Assembly (NCBI GenBank): GCA_965217035.1
Contig: OZ244226.1
Span: 2,276,146 to 2,340,145 of the forward strand
Reading direction: 5' to 3'
DNA from: Bacteriovoracaceae bacterium
GTDB taxonomy: Bacteria; Bdellovibrionota; Bacteriovoracia; Bacteriovoracales; Bacteriovoracaceae
DNA length: 64,000 nt
The notes beneath the pieces are model-generated. The model saw only the letters and a program-made list of their open reading frames with translations, had not been told where the DNA came from and ran no database searches. This document shows positions 1 to 10,651 of this stretch, in pieces. A program made the translations under genes and the position numbers. Positions within the stretch are counted from its first letter, which is position 1, and each line of letters begins with the position of its first letter.

Positions 1-1
1 C

Positions 2-478
2 ATGGGAGAGAAATCACTTCCTTTCATTAAAAAGTTTCTAAAGCATCCCCATTGGATACTAAGGCTTGCTTCTTTAAAAGTGATAAGAATTCTTAAGAAG
101 AAAAACTTGAAAAGAGAGATAGAAGCAGCTCTGTTTGATAGATCTATGTTTATTAGAGTTGAAGCTTTGGATATGGTTGGTGATATGCAAATGCATCGAT
201 CAGCTCCGGCTGTTTGGAAGATGCTCTTTGATCAAAAGAATTATCGTAAGAATAAAAAGGGAGGCCAAGAGAAAACAGAGATCATCAAAAGAATTATTCA
301 AACTCTTGGGCGTTTAAAATACAAACCAGTGAGGAGTTCACTGGCAAAACTTCTTAAAAATTCTCAGTTCAAAGATTTAACTCCTGAAATTGATCACTCT
401 CTTGTTCAAATGACAGGGATTCGTTCTCCCAAAATTATTAGTTCAAAAAAGAAATTCTGGTTGAGTCAAAAACTATAA
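2..478 (+). CDS. HEAT-repeat protein (probably 5'-truncated at the window edge)
   Basis: Repeated HEAT-like motifs (L..D....R..A), e.g. LKHPHWILRLAS and LFDRSMFIRVEAL. Confidence 0.6.
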   Translation: MGEKSLPFIKKFLKHPHWILRLASLKVIRILKKKNLKREIEAALFDRSMFIRVEALDMVGDMQMHRSAPAVWKMLFDQKNYRKNKKGGQEKTEIIKRIIQTLGRLKYKPVRSSLAKLLKNSQFKDLTPEIDHSLVQMTGIRSPKIISSKKKFWLSQKL

Positions 479-979
479 GAGATTATTAATCTCTTTTTCT
501 TCGTTTTGTTTTTGAATTTTTTGTAGGTATTTATCAAGAGTGATATATCTTTCCACTCTATAAAGAATAGTCTTTTCTAGAATATGATCTTTTCGAACTT
601 CTTTCCAGCCTTGGAGGAAGTCCTTTTCAACTAATTGTCTTTTATAGACACTTACTTTAGTAACAGGAGCATTCGCCTTATAGGAGCGTTCTACATTGAC
701 CAAGATTTTAAATCGAGCTGTTTTTATCCTGTCATTAGCTGCAAAAGAATCTGCAAAATTAACCTCTAGAGTATTATCAATCCAGCGTGTTTTAATAACT
801 CCAGTTTCTTGGTTTTGAAGTTCGATGTCATATCTTTTCATGACATTTACTACTGCAGACCAGGCTTGTGCAAAGTCTGAATCGAAAACTTTATTAGGAA
901 TTTCGAACTCTTTCGTGAGGTATTCAAATTGCTCATAAGATGTGCAAGAGTAAAGCAAGAATAGCAGGATAAAACGCAT
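473..979 (-). CDS. Lipoprotein, possibly BamC/NlpB-like
   Basis: Lipobox LYSC; the pattern AW.A...V.......NQETGVIKT.W resembles a BamC-like helix-grip domain. Confidence 0.5.
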   Translation of the reverse strand: MRFILLFLLYSCTSYEQFEYLTKEFEIPNKVFDSDFAQAWSAVVNVMKRYDIELQNQETGVIKTRWIDNTLEVNFADSFAANDRIKTARFKILVNVERSYKANAPVTKVSVYKRQLVEKDFLQGWKEVRKDHILEKTILYRVERYITLDKYLQKIQKQNEEKEINNLL

Positions 980-1030
980 AGTTTTATTTTACTCTTGATT
1001 TCAATCATTCATAAAGTGATTTTTATCCGA

Positions 1031-2638
1031 TCAAGACTCTCGGTTATTGAGCTTTGTTATGAGTCCTATAATTGTAAAGAGCATCAAGAAAACTAACCCA
1101 AGACTAAGAATTCCAAATTTTTGAAAAAGAGTCGGGACTCTATCCACTAGCTTAATTGAGAGGTCTAAGGGTTTTACTTCTCCAAGAAAGAGCCTTGAAC
1201 TTTCTTCTCCATCAACATCAAAGATCGATGTAATGCCACTATTCGTAGACCTGATGACAGGAATTTGGAACTCTAATGCTCTCCATTTTGCTAAAAAGAG
1301 GTGCTGATAAGGCTCAGCTGTTTTTCCATACCAAGAATCATTGGTGAGATTGATAATGAAATGAGGGTGTTTTTGGTTCTTAGTTCCTTTATTTAAGGCA
1401 TCTCGAATATGTTGGGAAGAGAGAAGTTCATAACAGATAGGAACAATAAACCGAAATTGGTCTCTGGTTTCAAAGATAATGTGCTTATCATCACGAGAAA
1501 AAAATGAAACACCAGGAATATAATCCTTTAGGTAAGGAGTCAGTGGTCCAAAAGGAAGTGTCTCTCCAAAGGGAATGAGTTGATGTTTATGATAAACATT
1601 AAGATATTTCCCATTATCGCTGAAATGAAAAGCAGAGTTGTAGACAGTTTGTAGATTATTTACTGAGTTGCTTAATTTCCCCGTATCATATCCACCAATG
1701 AGCATTTCTGATTGCATGTTTGAGATAATATTCTTAAAAATGGGAGGGAGAGAACTTGGATTTAATTCGAGTCTATCTGTATTTAAATCTTGAGGGAAAG
1801 AGGTTTCTGGCCAAACAATAAGATCAAGATCAAGTTTAGTTGTAGCAACACTTTGACTGAAGTAACGATTATAAACTTCTTGAATGGAATTAAACTGTCC
1901 TAATTCTGATTGGATTTTCATGTAGTTTCCAATATTAGCTTGGACGATTCTCACGTTAAAATTTGTATCTTCTTTTGCTAATGTCTTCTTTTGAAAAGTC
2001 ACCGGCTTCAAAAGGATTCCAGAAATGAGGATTAAAAAAGAGATTATTAAGTTTAGCTTCTGAATTTTCTTAAACCGAAAAGTCGAAAAAAGATTAAGAC
2101 TCAGTTGATAAGTCACAAAGCTATAAATAGGAAGCCCAAAGAGAGGAGCAAGACCTAATATTTCCGGAAAGTTCATCCAAGCTTGACCGACCCTAATAGG
2201 AAATTGGGAAGGAGTGAAGTATTCGACCAGAGTTAGTACAAAAGAAAGAAGCAAGAAAACTAATTCAGGATTCTTTTGAATTTTTTTGATCCAGTTAAAT
2301 TTGTTTCCGTTATAGCAAATAATATAAGAGATCCAAGTGAATGGTATAACTAGAAATGAAAAGAGTAAGAAAAGAACGAAACTGATAGGATAGGGGATTC
2401 TTCCAAAGGTTGTGATGGTTTGTGGGATCCAATAAAAAGCAATAATGTTAATGGCCGCACCAAATAAGAAGACATTTATAAGATCTCTCTTTTTATTTTT
2501 TAGCCCAATTGTTAAGAAAAATAGACTGAGTCCAAGAATTGGAAAAATCGGAAGGCCCTTTTCTGCTATAAAAGAGGGATGTCCAAAGCAGAAAAGAGCT
2601 CCCGCTGCTAGCGGGAGCAAATTTGTAAGGTATGGCAT
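1031..2638 (-). CDS. lnt: Apolipoprotein N-acyltransferase
   Basis: TM N-terminus; VQANI, WPETS, YNSA, KHQLIPFGE, ICYE, TNDSWYG, RSTNSGIT motifs. Confidence 0.95.
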   Translation of the reverse strand: MPYLTNLLPLAAGALFCFGHPSFIAEKGLPIFPILGLSLFFLTIGLKNKKRDLINVFLFGAAINIIAFYWIPQTITTFGRIPYPISFVLFLLFSFLVIPFTWISYIICYNGNKFNWIKKIQKNPELVFLLLSFVLTLVEYFTPSQFPIRVGQAWMNFPEILGLAPLFGLPIYSFVTYQLSLNLFSTFRFKKIQKLNLIISFLILISGILLKPVTFQKKTLAKEDTNFNVRIVQANIGNYMKIQSELGQFNSIQEVYNRYFSQSVATTKLDLDLIVWPETSFPQDLNTDRLELNPSSLPPIFKNIISNMQSEMLIGGYDTGKLSNSVNNLQTVYNSAFHFSDNGKYLNVYHKHQLIPFGETLPFGPLTPYLKDYIPGVSFFSRDDKHIIFETRDQFRFIVPICYELLSSQHIRDALNKGTKNQKHPHFIINLTNDSWYGKTAEPYQHLFLAKWRALEFQIPVIRSTNSGITSIFDVDGEESSRLFLGEVKPLDLSIKLVDRVPTLFQKFGILSLGLVFLMLFTIIGLITKLNNRES

Positions 2639-2656
2639 GAATCTAGGTTAAACAAC

Positions 2657-3748
2657 CTAGTTTTTTCTTGCAAGATTTCTTTGGTTTGGAAGCTGAGAAT
2701 TAGCGATTTTTTGTTTTTGCTTACCTTTCACAACTTGTTGAGCTTTAATAAGCGCTTGGTAGGCATCGGCTTTCCCTCCAAGAACTTTTCCTTGAAAAGA
2801 CTTATGAGAAATTGATGATGCAACAATAATATTTTTGATTTCTAAATAACTTAATTCTGGATGATTTGCCTTGATGAGTGAAGCGATTCCTGAAACGAAA
2901 GCTGTTGCTTGGCTTGTTCCTGACATTCTTGCTGCTGTTTTAACTGAAGAAGAGTTGATTCTGTAACCAGGAGCAGCGACATGAACTGTACCAACTCCGT
3001 AATTAGAAGACTTAAGAAGTTTTAGGCTCGGATCATAAGCACCAACAGATAAGATATTGTCTAAATTATAGCTTGCAGGATAATAAGCATTTTCTTTGAT
3101 ATCGATATTACTTCCATTATTTCCAGAGGCAGCAACAATAAGGATTCCTTTTTTTTGCGCTTTTTTTACAATTGCTAATTCTCTCTTGGCGTTAAATGGA
3201 TCAGCTTCAGGTCCACCTCCTGAGTAATTGATGATATCAACACCCATTTCAACAGCGTGTTCAAGTGCTTTTATAGAGTTTACTAAGTTTTGTTCTCCAG
3301 AAGCTTTTTGGCTAAAGTATTTAATGGGAATAATTCTAACGTTAGGGTGGATACTCTTTATAATTCCCGCTACATGTGTTCCATGTCCATGATAATCATA
3401 GGGTTTATAAGATACTTTGCCTGCATGAGCTTGAGAGAAATCAAGTCCAAACTTTTCAGAGATTCCTTTCTTTGATCTTTTAGAATAAATATTTTTAGAA
3501 AGATGCTCATGGTAAAAATTGATTCCTGTATCGATGACAGCAACAGTAACTTCCTTTTTATCATCAAAAACTCTAAGAGCTTTTCCAAGACTAATGGAAG
3601 GGTTCTTTTTAAACTGGTTTTTCGTTTGGGTAAGCCCCCAATTGCTATAAGCAGAAGTAAGAAACGATCGAATTTGTTTCTTTTTGTAGGTTGCTGCGTT
3701 CAACGTGAGTGATAGCGAAAGCACTAAGAGTGAGAAAACTTTGTTCAT
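2657..3748 (-). CDS. Secreted subtilisin-like S8 serine protease
   Basis: Signal peptide; catalytic VIDTG, HGTHVAG, SGTSQA; AASGN oxyanion motif. Confidence 0.93.
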   Translation of the reverse strand: MNKVFSLLVLSLSLTLNAATYKKKQIRSFLTSAYSNWGLTQTKNQFKKNPSISLGKALRVFDDKKEVTVAVIDTGINFYHEHLSKNIYSKRSKKGISEKFGLDFSQAHAGKVSYKPYDYHGHGTHVAGIIKSIHPNVRIIPIKYFSQKASGEQNLVNSIKALEHAVEMGVDIINYSGGGPEADPFNAKRELAIVKKAQKKGILIVAASGNNGSNIDIKENAYYPASYNLDNILSVGAYDPSLKLLKSSNYGVGTVHVAAPGYRINSSSVKTAARMSGTSQATAFVSGIASLIKANHPELSYLEIKNIIVASSISHKSFQGKVLGGKADAYQALIKAQQVVKGKQKQKIANSQLPNQRNLARKN

Positions 3749-3818
3749 GACCTTACCTTTTAAAGTTTTGTGACCTTACAAACCCGGCTGCCTATGCCGG
3801 TGACGTATAGACACTTAA

Positions 3819-3834
3819 AGCAAGTCTGTTGCCA
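3819..3834 (-). promoter_or_regulatory. sigma54 (-24/-12) promoter of the S8 protease
   Basis: Minus strand reads TGGCAAC-AGAC-TTGCT (GG-N10-GC), about 70 bp upstream of the ATG. Confidence 0.75.
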
Positions 3835-4125
3835 AGTGTGTCATCAAATGAATTCAACAACTTAAGTTGCTAAGAGGGGAGAATTAGGTGAAAAGTGTTG
3901 TTAAATTTCTAGACAGTAATTTCTGATAGTGACACTTGGGCTGTCTAAAATACTAACACTGGGTAAAGTCTTACACGATTATAAGAAAACTGAGCTAACC
4001 TCCTGAATATACAAAGAAAGCAAGCGGTGCTAGATTTATATATGGTCTAGATTATTCACAGCATAACGGCAATGCCTTGATGAGCGTGTTGTTTCTAGAC
4101 GGCCTGGAAAAGTAAGGAGAAGTCG

Positions 4126-5499
4126 TTGTATTCCAGAAGTTTTTTGTGGGTCACACTCTTATTTGTGATCTCTGTTTTCGCTGGTTGCGGGAAAAAACCA
4201 GTGATTAGTGAAGAAGATACTGAGAAAAAAAGCTCTCCCCTTTCTGAACGTGAAGATGTGCAGCTATTTTATGCTGACGTCAAACGAATCAATACTCAAT
4301 GTGCTGAAAATCTGTGCCCTCAAGGGGTTGTTTTTATCGTTTCTCGATTATTTTCGGCTAACTCTAATGAGTATATCTATTGTTCAGGGCTTATTATTTC
4401 TGAGAATAAAGTTGTTGTTCCTTCGGAATGCTTGGCAGATCGATTTCTAAAAGCTGGTAAAGCTTGTGATGACTCTATTCTTGCGAGAGATTTTAATTCA
4501 AAAGAAATCTTTAAGTGTAGTGAAGTCGTAAGTATTGGGATGGATAAAGAGAATAAGTCGACACCTGAAACTTGGAAGAATGATTTCGTCGTTCTTGAAT
4601 TCGAAAATTTACCTATTGGCAAGAGTTATACGATTCCTTCTCGATTAGGTCTTTACGAGAATCGAAAATATTCAGTATGGGGCTATCGGTATGACGGTCT
4701 CAATGAAGTTGCTCTTCTTCAATCAAAATCTTGTTATGTCCAATACGAGAACTATATTCAACCCCTTGGAAAGAATCCTTATTCTCCAAATTTGTCATTA
4801 ACCTCTTGTTTGAACCCACGAGAAAAAGATCAAGTCTTAAACTCTTCAGACTTAGGAGCGATTGTTTTTTCTGAAAAGAGACATGAGAGTTTTAAGGCCC
4901 TGGGAATAATTAGTTATATTACTGACTTTATTTCAGGAGAAATCGATTATTCAAGTGATTTTATGGGAGCAGCCTTGGTTCAGAACTTTACATGTTTTGA
5001 GTATCTCTTAAAGTCAAAAAAGAAAAATCTCCCAAGAGCTTGCAAGGCAGAACTTTCCAAAAGACTCGTCGAAAAAAATCGAGCGAGGCAACTTAGGTTA
5101 AGAAGAAGTTCTAAAAGTTTTCAAAGGAACTTTAATCTTGTTAAGGAAGATTATAATTCTAATGATCGTTATCTTAGATGGGGAGTTCTCTTAGAGGATT
5201 TTAGAGATCAAATTAGTTTAAGCCCCAAGCCCGAATGCTTTCATAGGGTAAAGGAATGGATCGGGGATCTTAAAGATCAAGGAGATTATCGTTGGTATGA
5301 GTATAAAAGACCAATTCGCTGGACGACCTATAAAATCTCTCCTGCTATTCTCCCGACTGGTAGGATAGACCATCTTTTAAATGAAACAGGAGTTGTTTCT
5401 TATAGATTAAACTTTGTACCAAAAAGAGTCCGAAAAAAGGGATATAGTCTTGTTGGAGGGTTCTTGAGTCGTGATATTAGGATTTCTGTTTGTAATTAA
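4126..5499 (+). CDS. Lipoprotein with a degenerate trypsin-like domain
   Basis: Lipobox FAGC; YCSGLII...PSEC and NDFVVL resemble S1 protease motifs. Confidence 0.55.
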   Translation: MYSRSFLWVTLLFVISVFAGCGKKPVISEEDTEKKSSPLSEREDVQLFYADVKRINTQCAENLCPQGVVFIVSRLFSANSNEYIYCSGLIISENKVVVPSECLADRFLKAGKACDDSILARDFNSKEIFKCSEVVSIGMDKENKSTPETWKNDFVVLEFENLPIGKSYTIPSRLGLYENRKYSVWGYRYDGLNEVALLQSKSCYVQYENYIQPLGKNPYSPNLSLTSCLNPREKDQVLNSSDLGAIVFSEKRHESFKALGIISYITDFISGEIDYSSDFMGAALVQNFTCFEYLLKSKKKNLPRACKAELSKRLVEKNRARQLRLRRSSKSFQRNFNLVKEDYNSNDRYLRWGVLLEDFRDQISLSPKPECFHRVKEWIGDLKDQGDYRWYEYKRPIRWTTYKISPAILPTGRIDHLLNETGVVSYRLNFVPKRVRKKGYSLVGGFLSRDIRISVCN

Positions 5500-5500
5500 A

Positions 5501-6529
5501 CTATTGCTTTAGATCACGCCAACTTCTTCCCTCTCTATTTGCTTTGATTTTTTGCCAGAAGTTTACGGCCTTTGAATGTTCCTTATAAGTTTTACTAAAA
5601 ACATGAGTACCATTGTTTTTACTAACAAAATAAAGAAATTGATGGTTTTCAGGTGAGAGAACAGCTTTAATCGCTTCTATTCCTGGGTTGGCAATCGGAC
5701 CAACGGGAAGTCCATAAATAGCGTAAGTATTATAAGGAGTTTTTTCTCTTAAGTGTTTTCTCCTTAGATTACCATTGAAGTTCTCATAGATTCCATAAAT
5801 TGTTGTCGGATCAGATTGAAGCCTCATTCGTTTTTTCAGGCGATTAAAAAAGACCCCTGCGATTGTTTTTCTTTCAAACTTCGCACCTGTTTCTTTTTCA
5901 ACAACAGAAGCAAGTGTTATCAGTTGGTGTCTAGAGAGTTTAGGATGATCAAAATTCAAGTTCCTGGTTTGATGGAAATGTTGTTGAATCATCGTTTGAA
6001 TAACCAATTCAGGAGAGGATTTAGGAGAGAAACGATAGGTATCTGGAAAGAGATACCCTTCGATATTCACGGCCTTTGGTATATTGTATTTCTGAAGTAA
6101 TTCAGGTTGTTTCGCTATTTTTATAAATTTGACTTTGTCGCTAATAATCTTTTTAGCTTCTAGGATTCCTGCGATTTGATAAAGGTTTTTCCCTTCAGGA
6201 ATTGTGACTTGGTAAAGACGAGACTTTCCTTCACTAAGAGTGGTAATGACATCGGGAGTGGTGACTCCCTTATTAAAAAGGTAGAGCCCGCTTTTAAGTT
6301 TATCCATTTTTCCATTGAACTTTGCATAGTAATGAAAAAAGCGAGGGTTTTTAATGATTCCTTTCTGATAGAGTCGATAATTGATCTTAGCGAAACCTTC
6401 TCCAGGTTTTATGAGAATCTCTTGACTTTCCCCTTGATATTCCCAAGAGAGGTATGAATAAAAAGTATAAGCTATCCCTCCGCTTCCTATTAAAAGAGCA
6501 AGGGTTAGAAACATAAAAACTCTTTTCAT
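5501..6529 (-). CDS. mltG: Endolytic transglycosylase MltG
   Basis: TIPEG, EGYLFPDTY, ASVVEKET, LQSDPT, PYNTY, GLPVGPIANPG motifs. Confidence 0.96.
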   Translation of the reverse strand: MKRVFMFLTLALLIGSGGIAYTFYSYLSWEYQGESQEILIKPGEGFAKINYRLYQKGIIKNPRFFHYYAKFNGKMDKLKSGLYLFNKGVTTPDVITTLSEGKSRLYQVTIPEGKNLYQIAGILEAKKIISDKVKFIKIAKQPELLQKYNIPKAVNIEGYLFPDTYRFSPKSSPELVIQTMIQQHFHQTRNLNFDHPKLSRHQLITLASVVEKETGAKFERKTIAGVFFNRLKKRMRLQSDPTTIYGIYENFNGNLRRKHLREKTPYNTYAIYGLPVGPIANPGIEAIKAVLSPENHQFLYFVSKNNGTHVFSKTYKEHSKAVNFWQKIKANREGRSWRDLKQ

Positions 6530-6538
6530 AAGAGTATT

Positions 6539-7018
6539 CTAATGGAGGGGGTTTTGACTGGCGAGAAAATCTTCGAGAATGATCTTTGCCGATAAGCTGT
6601 CTATTTTTGAGAGATCGACTCGGAAATTATAAAGTGGAGAGTTTTTCATTCTCTCTTGTGCCGTGTAAGTGCTCAAGGTTTCATCTTGGAAGCTTACCTG
6701 ACAACTCATTTTATTTCTTTCTATTTCCGATTTTAATTGTTTAGCGAAATCTTCAATCATTCGAGTCATAGGAGTTTCTTTACCGTCCAACAGATAAGGA
6801 ATTCCTACAATAAGATGATTGATCTCTTCTAAATCGACCAATTTTAGAATTTGTTTAATACTTTTGTTTTCATTATCGTTGGCGACCCTGTCATAACAAA
6901 TAGGAAAAGGGTCAACTCCTTCGAAGAAGCTCGCCAATCCGATAAATTTTGAACCATAATCGATGGCCATATAGCGTGGGCTTTCAGTTAATGTTTCATT
7001 ATTTTCTCGAATGAACAT
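6539..7018 (-). CDS. yqgF: YqgF/RuvX pre-16S rRNA nuclease
   Basis: AIDYGSKFIGLA, VGIP, DETLST, IDSLSAKIILE. Confidence 0.9.
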   Translation of the reverse strand: MFIRENNETLTESPRYMAIDYGSKFIGLASFFEGVDPFPICYDRVANDNENKSIKQILKLVDLEEINHLIVGIPYLLDGKETPMTRMIEDFAKQLKSEIERNKMSCQVSFQDETLSTYTAQERMKNSPLYNFRVDLSKIDSLSAKIILEDFLASQNPLH

Positions 7019-7321
7019 GCTGATTCATAGCATTAGTGAGTCGTAATAGCTAGTCTAAAGACGCTTATTGAAAATTATTCACCACTGTAAGTTGTTGAAA
7101 TATAAGAGCTTTTTTTGATTTTTTTTATTGGCTGTTTTGAAGTTAGCCAGTCATCACTTGTGCTCTGAAAAAATGAAACTGACTCAAAGGGATTCTTGAT
7201 ATACCTGAGGGGCTAAGTATATAATAGGGGCACCAAAGAGCTTCACCAAAACAAATCGAGATAGCACCAATCAAATAAATCTTAAGCAATCACGAATATA
7301 TTTTAAATTGAGGAGAACTGA

Positions 7322-8569
7322 ATGCACCTGAACGATCTTAGAGAAAAAAGTATGGATGAGCTGAGCAAGCTCGCTATAAAGAATGAGATTGAAAATGCCT
7401 CGGGGATGAAAAAACACGAACTCATCTTTGCGATTCTTACGAAGATAGCAAAGGATGATGGGGATATCTTCGGTGAAGGTGTTTTAGAAATTCTTCCTGA
7501 CGGCTTTGGCTTTTTAAGATCCCCTGGTTATAACTATCTTCCAGGTGCTGATGATATTTATGTAAGCCCAAGTCAAATTCGAAGATTTGGATTAAGAAAA
7601 GGGGATACGGTTTCTGGAGCTATTCGACCTCCAAAGGAATCAGAAAGATATTTTGCCCTTCTTAAAGTTAATACGATCAATTTTAACGATCCTCAAACTC
7701 ATAAGAAGATGGTTCTCTTTGATAACCTCACACCACTTTACCCTGAGTCGAAGATTCATTTAGAAAGCAAACCAACAGGTTTCTCTACTCGTATTATTGA
7801 TATGTTTGTCCCACAAGGATTTGGTCAACGGTGCTTGATCGTTGCTCCTCCAAAGGCTGGTAAGACTGTTCTTCTACAAGATATTGCAAACTCTATTACT
7901 GATAATCATGAAGATGCAAAACTAATCGTTCTTCTAATTGATGAGCGTCCGGAAGAAGTAACGGATATGAAAAGAAACGTTAATGCTGAAGTTGTTTCTT
8001 CGACGTTTGATGAGCCAGCTTCTAGACACGTTCAAGTCGCAGAGATGGTTCTTGAAAAGTCTAAACGTCTCGTTGAAGCAGGGAAAGACGTCATTATTCT
8101 TCTTGATTCGATCACACGTCTTGCGAGAGCCTATAACACAGTTGTTCCGCCTTCCGGAAAAATTCTTTCAGGTGGTGTTGATTCCAATGCGCTTCATAAG
8201 CCTAAAAGATTCTTTGGTGCTGCGAGAAATATTGAAGGTGGTGGATCGCTTACAATTATTGCAACAGCACTTATTGATACTGGTTCAAGAATGGATGAAG
8301 TTATTTTTGAGGAATTCAAAGGAACTGGTAATTCAGAGATCCAACTTGATAGAAAACTTATGGAGAAGCGTATCTTCCCATGCCTCGATATTAATAAGTC
8401 TTCAACCAGAAAAGAAGACCTACTTATTGATGAAGGAACGTTACAAAGGTTATACGTCCTTAGAAGAGTGCTTCATCCGATGAATACGATTGATTCGATG
8501 GAATTCGTTCTTGATAGAGTGAAGAAGTCCAAAACAAATCATGAATTTTATGAATCAATGAGTGGCTGA
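7322..8569 (+). CDS. rho: Transcription termination factor Rho
   Basis: [43 protein letters not shown]. Confidence 0.99.
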   Translation: MHLNDLREKSMDELSKLAIKNEIENASGMKKHELIFAILTKIAKDDGDIFGEGVLEILPDGFGFLRSPGYNYLPGADDIYVSPSQIRRFGLRKGDTVSGAIRPPKESERYFALLKVNTINFNDPQTHKKMVLFDNLTPLYPESKIHLESKPTGFSTRIIDMFVPQGFGQRCLIVAPPKAGKTVLLQDIANSITDNHEDAKLIVLLIDERPEEVTDMKRNVNAEVVSSTFDEPASRHVQVAEMVLEKSKRLVEAGKDVIILLDSITRLARAYNTVVPPSGKILSGGVDSNALHKPKRFFGAARNIEGGGSLTIIATALIDTGSRMDEVIFEEFKGTGNSEIQLDRKLMEKRIFPCLDINKSSTRKEDLLIDEGTLQRLYVLRRVLHPMNTIDSMEFVLDRVKKSKTNHEFYESMSG

Positions 8570-8575
8570 TTTTAA

Positions 8576-9646
8576 ATGTTTGATAAACTCGAAGCAGTTG
8601 TTGTTCGCTATGATGAGCTAACACAACAACTTGCTGATCCCACCATTTATGACCGTCAGGATGAGTTTAAAAAAGTAAGCTCAGAACGTTCTTCGCTTGA
8701 AGAAATTGTGACGGTTTATAAAGAATATAAAAAACTCAAAGACGATGTGGCTCAAGCTAAAGACATTGTCATGAATGAATCTGATCCTGATCTTAAGGAA
8801 ATGGCAAAAGAAGAATTAAGTGAGAATGAAGGAAAACTCCCTGAATATGAAGAGAGATTAAAAATTCTTCTTCTTCCAAAAGACCCTCTTGATGATAAAG
8901 ACGTTATGGTCGAAATCCGAGCAGGTGCTGGAGGAGACGAAGCCTCGATCTTTGCCGCTGACGTGCTTCGAATGTATCAAAACTATTTTTCTTCGATTGG
9001 ATTTAAATCTGAAATGATTTCTATTTCTCAATCAGATGAAGGGATTAAAGAGGTTATTATTGCTGTTAAAGGCGATAAGGTTTATTCGAAGATGAAATAT
9101 GAATCGGGGGTTCACCGGGTTCAACGAGTTCCCAAAACGGAATCACAAGGACGAGTTCATACATCGACGATCACTGTCGCTGTTCTTCCTGAAGCTGATG
9201 AGGTGGAATTTAATCTTGATATGAATGATGTTCGAGTTGATGTTTATCGCGCCGGTGGGAATGGAGGCCAATCAGTTAACACGACAGATTCAGCTGTTCG
9301 AGTAACGCATATTCCGACAGGTGAAGTGGTTGCCATCCAAGATGAAAAATCACAACACAAAAATAAAGACAAGGCCTTAAAAATTCTCAAGGCCCGTATC
9401 TACGATAAGATGGTTCAAGAAGCACAAGCGAAAGAAGCTGCGGAAAGAAAAGGACAAGTTGGAACAGGAGATCGTTCTGAAAGAATTCGAACTTACAACT
9501 TTCCACAAGGTCGTTTAACAGACCATCGCATTGGGCTTACGCTCTATTCTCTTGATAAGATTATTGAGGGAGATATGGAACCTGTTATTGATGCTCTTAT
9601 TACCCATAACCAAGCTGCAGCACTCAAAGGTTCTGAAGAAGACTAG
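8576..9646 (+). CDS. prfA: Peptide chain release factor 1
   Basis: GGQ motif, PKT anticodon-mimic loop, RSERIRTYNFPQ. Confidence 0.98.
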   Translation: MFDKLEAVVVRYDELTQQLADPTIYDRQDEFKKVSSERSSLEEIVTVYKEYKKLKDDVAQAKDIVMNESDPDLKEMAKEELSENEGKLPEYEERLKILLLPKDPLDDKDVMVEIRAGAGGDEASIFAADVLRMYQNYFSSIGFKSEMISISQSDEGIKEVIIAVKGDKVYSKMKYESGVHRVQRVPKTESQGRVHTSTITVAVLPEADEVEFNLDMNDVRVDVYRAGGNGGQSVNTTDSAVRVTHIPTGEVVAIQDEKSQHKNKDKALKILKARIYDKMVQEAQAKEAAERKGQVGTGDRSERIRTYNFPQGRLTDHRIGLTLYSLDKIIEGDMEPVIDALITHNQAAALKGSEED

Positions 9647-9648
9647 TC

Positions 9649-10440
9649 TTGAACTTTCCAATTAGCGAGCTCGAAAATTTTTATCCTGGGATTAAAGAAT
9701 CTCGACTTCAAGAAGAATTTGATCGTTATTATCACCTTCAAAGACTAAAAGGCTCTCATTCAGAGAAAATCGCAGAGAGAAATTTCCTAGAAAAACTTAG
9801 AGTGGGAACTCCTCTTGCTTATATTACGAATCAAGCTTTCTTTTATAACTCTTGGTATTACGTTAACGAAAATGTTTTAATTCCTCGTTTTGAGTCAGAG
9901 GGTTTGATTGAGCTTGTAATGAAAAACCTTCAAGGAAAAAGAATTTGTGAAGTGGGAACGGGAAGTGGTTGTCTCGCTCTCTCAATTTTAAAAGAAACTC
10001 AAGAACCTTTAGAGATGACTTTTGTTGATCTTTCAGAAAAAGCTCTCGAAGTGACTCAGTTTAACTATCATACGCATAAATATAGCTTTCACCCTGATCA
10101 TAAAGTGAACTTTGTTTTAGGTGATCGTCTGAATAATGTGAATCAAGAGTTTGACCTCATTTTTTCTAATCCTCCCTATGTCAAAAGAAGTCAAATCGTG
10201 CATGAGATAACTAAAAAATACGAGCCCGACATGGCCTTGTTTTTAAATGATGAGACTTATGAACAATGGTTTCGAGAGTTCTTTGAATCTTCAAAAGAGA
10301 TGAGTCCTCTCTTGATCCTAGAAGGTCATGAATATAATCTTCAAGACCTAGCTGAACTTGCTCGTTCGATGAATTATGAAAAAGTTGAAGTCACTCAAGA
10401 TCTAAACCGTAGAGATCGCTATTTGTTGATTAAATTTTAA
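9649..10440 (+). CDS. prmC: Release factor glutamine methyltransferase (divergent N-terminus, TTG start)
   Basis: PLAYI, VLIPRFESE, EVGTGSG, SNPPY; follows prfA. Confidence 0.9.
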   Translation: MNFPISELENFYPGIKESRLQEEFDRYYHLQRLKGSHSEKIAERNFLEKLRVGTPLAYITNQAFFYNSWYYVNENVLIPRFESEGLIELVMKNLQGKRICEVGTGSGCLALSILKETQEPLEMTFVDLSEKALEVTQFNYHTHKYSFHPDHKVNFVLGDRLNNVNQEFDLIFSNPPYVKRSQIVHEITKKYEPDMALFLNDETYEQWFREFFESSKEMSPLLILEGHEYNLQDLAELARSMNYEKVEVTQDLNRRDRYLLIKF

Positions 10441-10651
10441 TCATTTCAAGTTTATTTTTTGTTTCTTTCTCTGCAATGGCATGTCTTGGTGTCTCTTGCT
10501 GATGGTGATATTCACCTTACTCCAGCTCAAGTTATTTTTGAGATAGACGGATTTGAAGGAAGCACGAGCACAAGAGATTTCTTTAACAATGATGATTCAG
10601 TAAAAGTCACAACAAACAAAGGAACACTGGAAGTAAGAATCACTTATTTTT

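Noticed and set aside
7983..8483. 166-aa alternative-frame ORF inside rho, and similar shadow ORFs (30974-31471, 52531-52947, 54446-54925, 11582-11941)
   Set aside because: They overlap well-supported genes and have no recognisable motifs.
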